Assembly (NCBI GenBank): GCA_905178155.1
Contig: CAJINV010000041.1
Span: 36,014-71,202, forward strand
Direction of reading: 5' to 3'
Source of the DNA: Amoebophrya sp. A120
Lineage: Eukaryota > Protista > Dinoflagellata
Length of the DNA: 35,189 nt
The position numbers and the translations under genes were made by a program. Below are positions 33,401 through 35,189 of the stretch, one piece after another (position 1 is the stretch's first letter; every line of letters begins with the position of its first letter). The notes beneath the pieces are model-generated. The model saw only the letters and a list, made by a program, of their open reading frames with translations, was not told the DNA's origin and did no database searches.

Positions 33401-34084
33401 TGGTAAATCTGCAACACAAATCCTGAAGTTTTGGGAGTTCTTCATGATAATTTTCTATATGTAGCGCAGTGCTGCTTCGCAATGGAACAGCCGCATCACA
33501 ACAACGCCTGCTTACAGCATTACAAATCTCAGAACACAACTACAAATTCGATTCCTCTCATGCGGATGTGCATTCCAAATACCCCCGTAATTGCAAATCT
33601 GCATGACAACTATGGGGTGGGTACGTTTTTGCACAGTATAGCGCGGGTCCCATGTTTTTCGCCGAACAGTCACGGACCAGTCCCGAGCTGAAGGGAAATA
33701 ACAAATCCCTGTATCCTGAGGAAAAACGTACGCACCCCATCCCCAGCAGATCTGTCGTCAAATACCTCTGCATGCTCGGTAAGTATCGTCTCGCATGCAA
33801 AAATCAGGCTTCGAGATATCTCAATTTGATGTGACGTGCTTGCATACGCTTAAAACGACGTCGCAGCGAGTTCAGATTTGTCGGGTCAGACACCTCAAAC
33901 TTTGTAATTGTCTTATCCAGATTTTCTCTCTTGACTCTGAGGTCGTTGTGTTTTTGCCCAGGATACTCCGGCGGACATGGCTAACGAGCAGCATTTCTTC
34001 GTCCCGTCGCCGGATCTCAACCGTAAGCGATACGAGGTTCTCGATAAAAATCGAGACCAGAGTCAGGCGTGCGTGATCTTGTAG
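27433..34084 (+). CDS. kinesin-3 family motor (KLP-6/KIF28-like): motor domain, FHA domain, coiled coil, tail, C-terminal CaaX; 12 exons, 1186 aa
   Basis: Exons 27433-27493, 27755-27804, 28040-28744, 29033-29117, 29380-29447, 29732-30221, 30514-31411, 31703-31757, 32075-32911, 33227-33358, 33646-33711, 33971-34084 total 3561 nt with no internal stop; motifs [94 protein letters not shown]. Confidence 0.96.
27494..27749. mobile_element. kinesin intron 1, introner family A
   Basis: DR gaaac/gaagc; REK|QMQCKLAV. Confidence 0.93.
27805..28034. mobile_element. kinesin intron 2, introner (family C-related, diverged)
   Basis: perfect DR acgaa; tcccttcccc/ggggaggggga inverted ends; GNE|LPNTTVL. Confidence 0.88.
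28745..29027. mobile_element. kinesin intron 3, introner family B
   Basis: tatcctgaggaaaaacgtccc ... gggacgttttcactcaggata; perfect DR cgaag; GTK|[13 protein letters not shown]. Confidence 0.96.
29118..29374. mobile_element. kinesin intron 4, introner family A
   Basis: near-perfect 28-bp TIR; perfect DR gggca; KEG|SAINKSL. Confidence 0.96.
29448..29726. mobile_element. kinesin intron 5, introner family B
   Basis: atttgtaaaaacgtccccacacca / tggtgtggggacgtttttacaaat; perfect DR gtggc. Confidence 0.96.
30222..30508. mobile_element. kinesin intron 6, introner family B
   Basis: tatcctgagtaaaaacg ... cgtttttcctcaggata; DR ggaaa/ggata. Confidence 0.94.
31412..31697. mobile_element. kinesin intron 7, introner family B
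   Basis: interior closely similar to intron 5; DR atgct/acgct; QRML|ALEEKL. Confidence 0.92.
31758..32069. mobile_element. kinesin intron 8, introner family C
   Basis: tatcaaaaggaaaaatcccccctccccata ... tatggggtggggggatttttcactttgata; perfect DR ttgaa. Confidence 0.96.
32912..33221. mobile_element. kinesin intron 9, introner family C
   Basis: interior closely similar to intron 8; perfect DR agcag. Confidence 0.95.
33359..33640. mobile_element. kinesin intron 10, introner family B in reverse orientation
   Basis: reverse complement of its right end (tatactgtgcaaaaacgtacccaccccatagttgtcatgcagatttgcaat) matches left ends of introns 3, 5, 6; DR gagcc/gcgcg (both encode Gly-Ala). Confidence 0.9.
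33712..33965. mobile_element. kinesin intron 11, introner family B
   Basis: tatcctgaggaaaaacg ... tgtttttgcccaggata; DR ccctg/ctccg; removal gives last exon ending ACVIL-stop. Confidence 0.9.
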
Positions 34085-34779
34085 ACATTTTCGCAGCGCT
34101 GTCGGTGTCGACAGAGGCTGTTCAAAAGCCCGCACGTCACTTTTCAGAATTTTTTGATTGCTGAGAAAACATCACCGTTTCTTCATCAGGATGTCAAGAC
34201 AACACTAATTTTCAAATGGAGCATCGCTTGCTGCTACCAACACAAATGCGCTTCACTCAAACAGTCTTTTTATTCAACAACGAGCACACACTCCTTTTTC
34301 TCAAAGTCTACTTCAGAAATATTGTTTTCGGAAAAGTAAATCAAATCCAGCGGAAAAGAAATGATCCAAACCCTTTTAGTGGCTACACTGGCAGAGCAAA
34401 CTTTGATACAAGGAACCAGACCCGACGGAAGGATGTTGAAGACGTCGTCCATGTTCTTGGAGGCACGAGTTTGGGTAACATTGAAATTATTTTTTTTAAA
34501 TGCATGGTAACAGCAGACAGTCGCCGTGTCACCAAGGATATAAGTCAAGTAAAAGGCAAACGGTGCAACAGTGTAGCCGTCATGGCGCATAGGTAATTCC
34601 GCAAGCTACGATGTTGTTCCTCGCAGAGTTACTTCGGTCACTGTGGTACTTCTCCCCCCAATGTGATTCGTCTCTGCCTTGTGTCTTTTCGGTCATTGTG
34701 GTTTTTCTCTGTCCCGCCTCGATTCGTCTCTCTGTCTCGCTCGGTATTCTTCTTCGTGATTCGGCGTCGCTATGTTGCT

Positions 34780-35189
34780 GTCGGTCCCGAGTTGTTCCGG
34801 GGGCGGCCCGTCGGTAACTAATTTTCTGCGCCGCCCGTGTTGCGTAAACACCTTTTCGCCGCTGCCGCCCAGTCGATGCCGCCGGCCCGGGGAAATGGCG
34901 CCGAATCCGGCACCCCAAAAGGCGCAGGACGGCCGGCGATCGCGACCCACGCCAAGGAAGACACGGCCCCAGTCTTCGCGCAGCATTGCCCCGGCGAGGT
35001 GGCTGCGACTTCCGGCAGCAGGTCTTGATAATTGCGGGCCCGCCCACAATTTCCGGAAAGGCTCCCAAATCCGGCACCCCCGAAGGCGCAACAGCGTCGG
35101 GGCCGGCGGTCGCGAGCCGCATCAAGGAAGACACGGGCGCCACCCTTGCGACGGCTTCGCCGGGCGGCGTGCTCGCGATTTCCGGCGGG
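34780..35189. repeat. GC-rich region with about 165-bp diverged tandem duplication, truncated by window edge
   Basis: aatccggcacccc..aaggcgca and caaggaagacacgg each occur twice (about 34905/35069 and 34953/35123). Confidence 0.6.

Noticed and set aside
27494-33965. Repeat-spacer pattern suggestive of CRISPR or an integron cassette array
   Set aside because: Repeats are inverted pairs around 230-310 bp interiors, the 'spacers' are kinesin exons, and no cas or integrase gene is present.
27433-34084. Kinesin pseudogene disrupted by MITEs
   Set aside because: No stop or frameshift in 3561 spliced nt despite elements of clearly different ages; catalytic motifs intact.
1-35189. Autonomous transposase, maturase or splicing enzyme for the introners
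   Set aside because: No DDE, reverse transcriptase, tyrosine recombinase or nuclease motif was recognised in any exon; the trans-acting factor is probably encoded elsewhere.

Overview
Eukaryotic (most likely alveolate; Amoebophrya/Syndiniales-like by inference) genomic DNA with four + strand, multi-exon genes: the 3' part of a coiled-coil gene (to 3101), two diverged tandem paralogues of an unrecognised repeat/coiled-coil protein (4779-15580, 16803-25887) and a complete kinesin-3 (27433-34084, 1186 aa after manual splicing, ending in a CaaX box). The dominant signal is about 35 insertions of 215-310 bp inside coding sequence. They lack GT-AG ends and are instead bounded by terminal inverted repeats (TAT-N7-AAAA ... 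TTTT-N7-ATA) and 5-bp direct repeats (DR). Removing each element plus one 5-bp copy restores the reading frame at all 11 kinesin junctions. The elements belong to several sequence families, sit in both orientations in same-strand genes, differ in position between paralogues, and two contain nested GC-rich transposon-like inserts. This indicates a transposon-derived, orientation-independent, non-canonical intron (introner) system. Splicing is inferred from frame restoration only; no transcript data or database searches were available.
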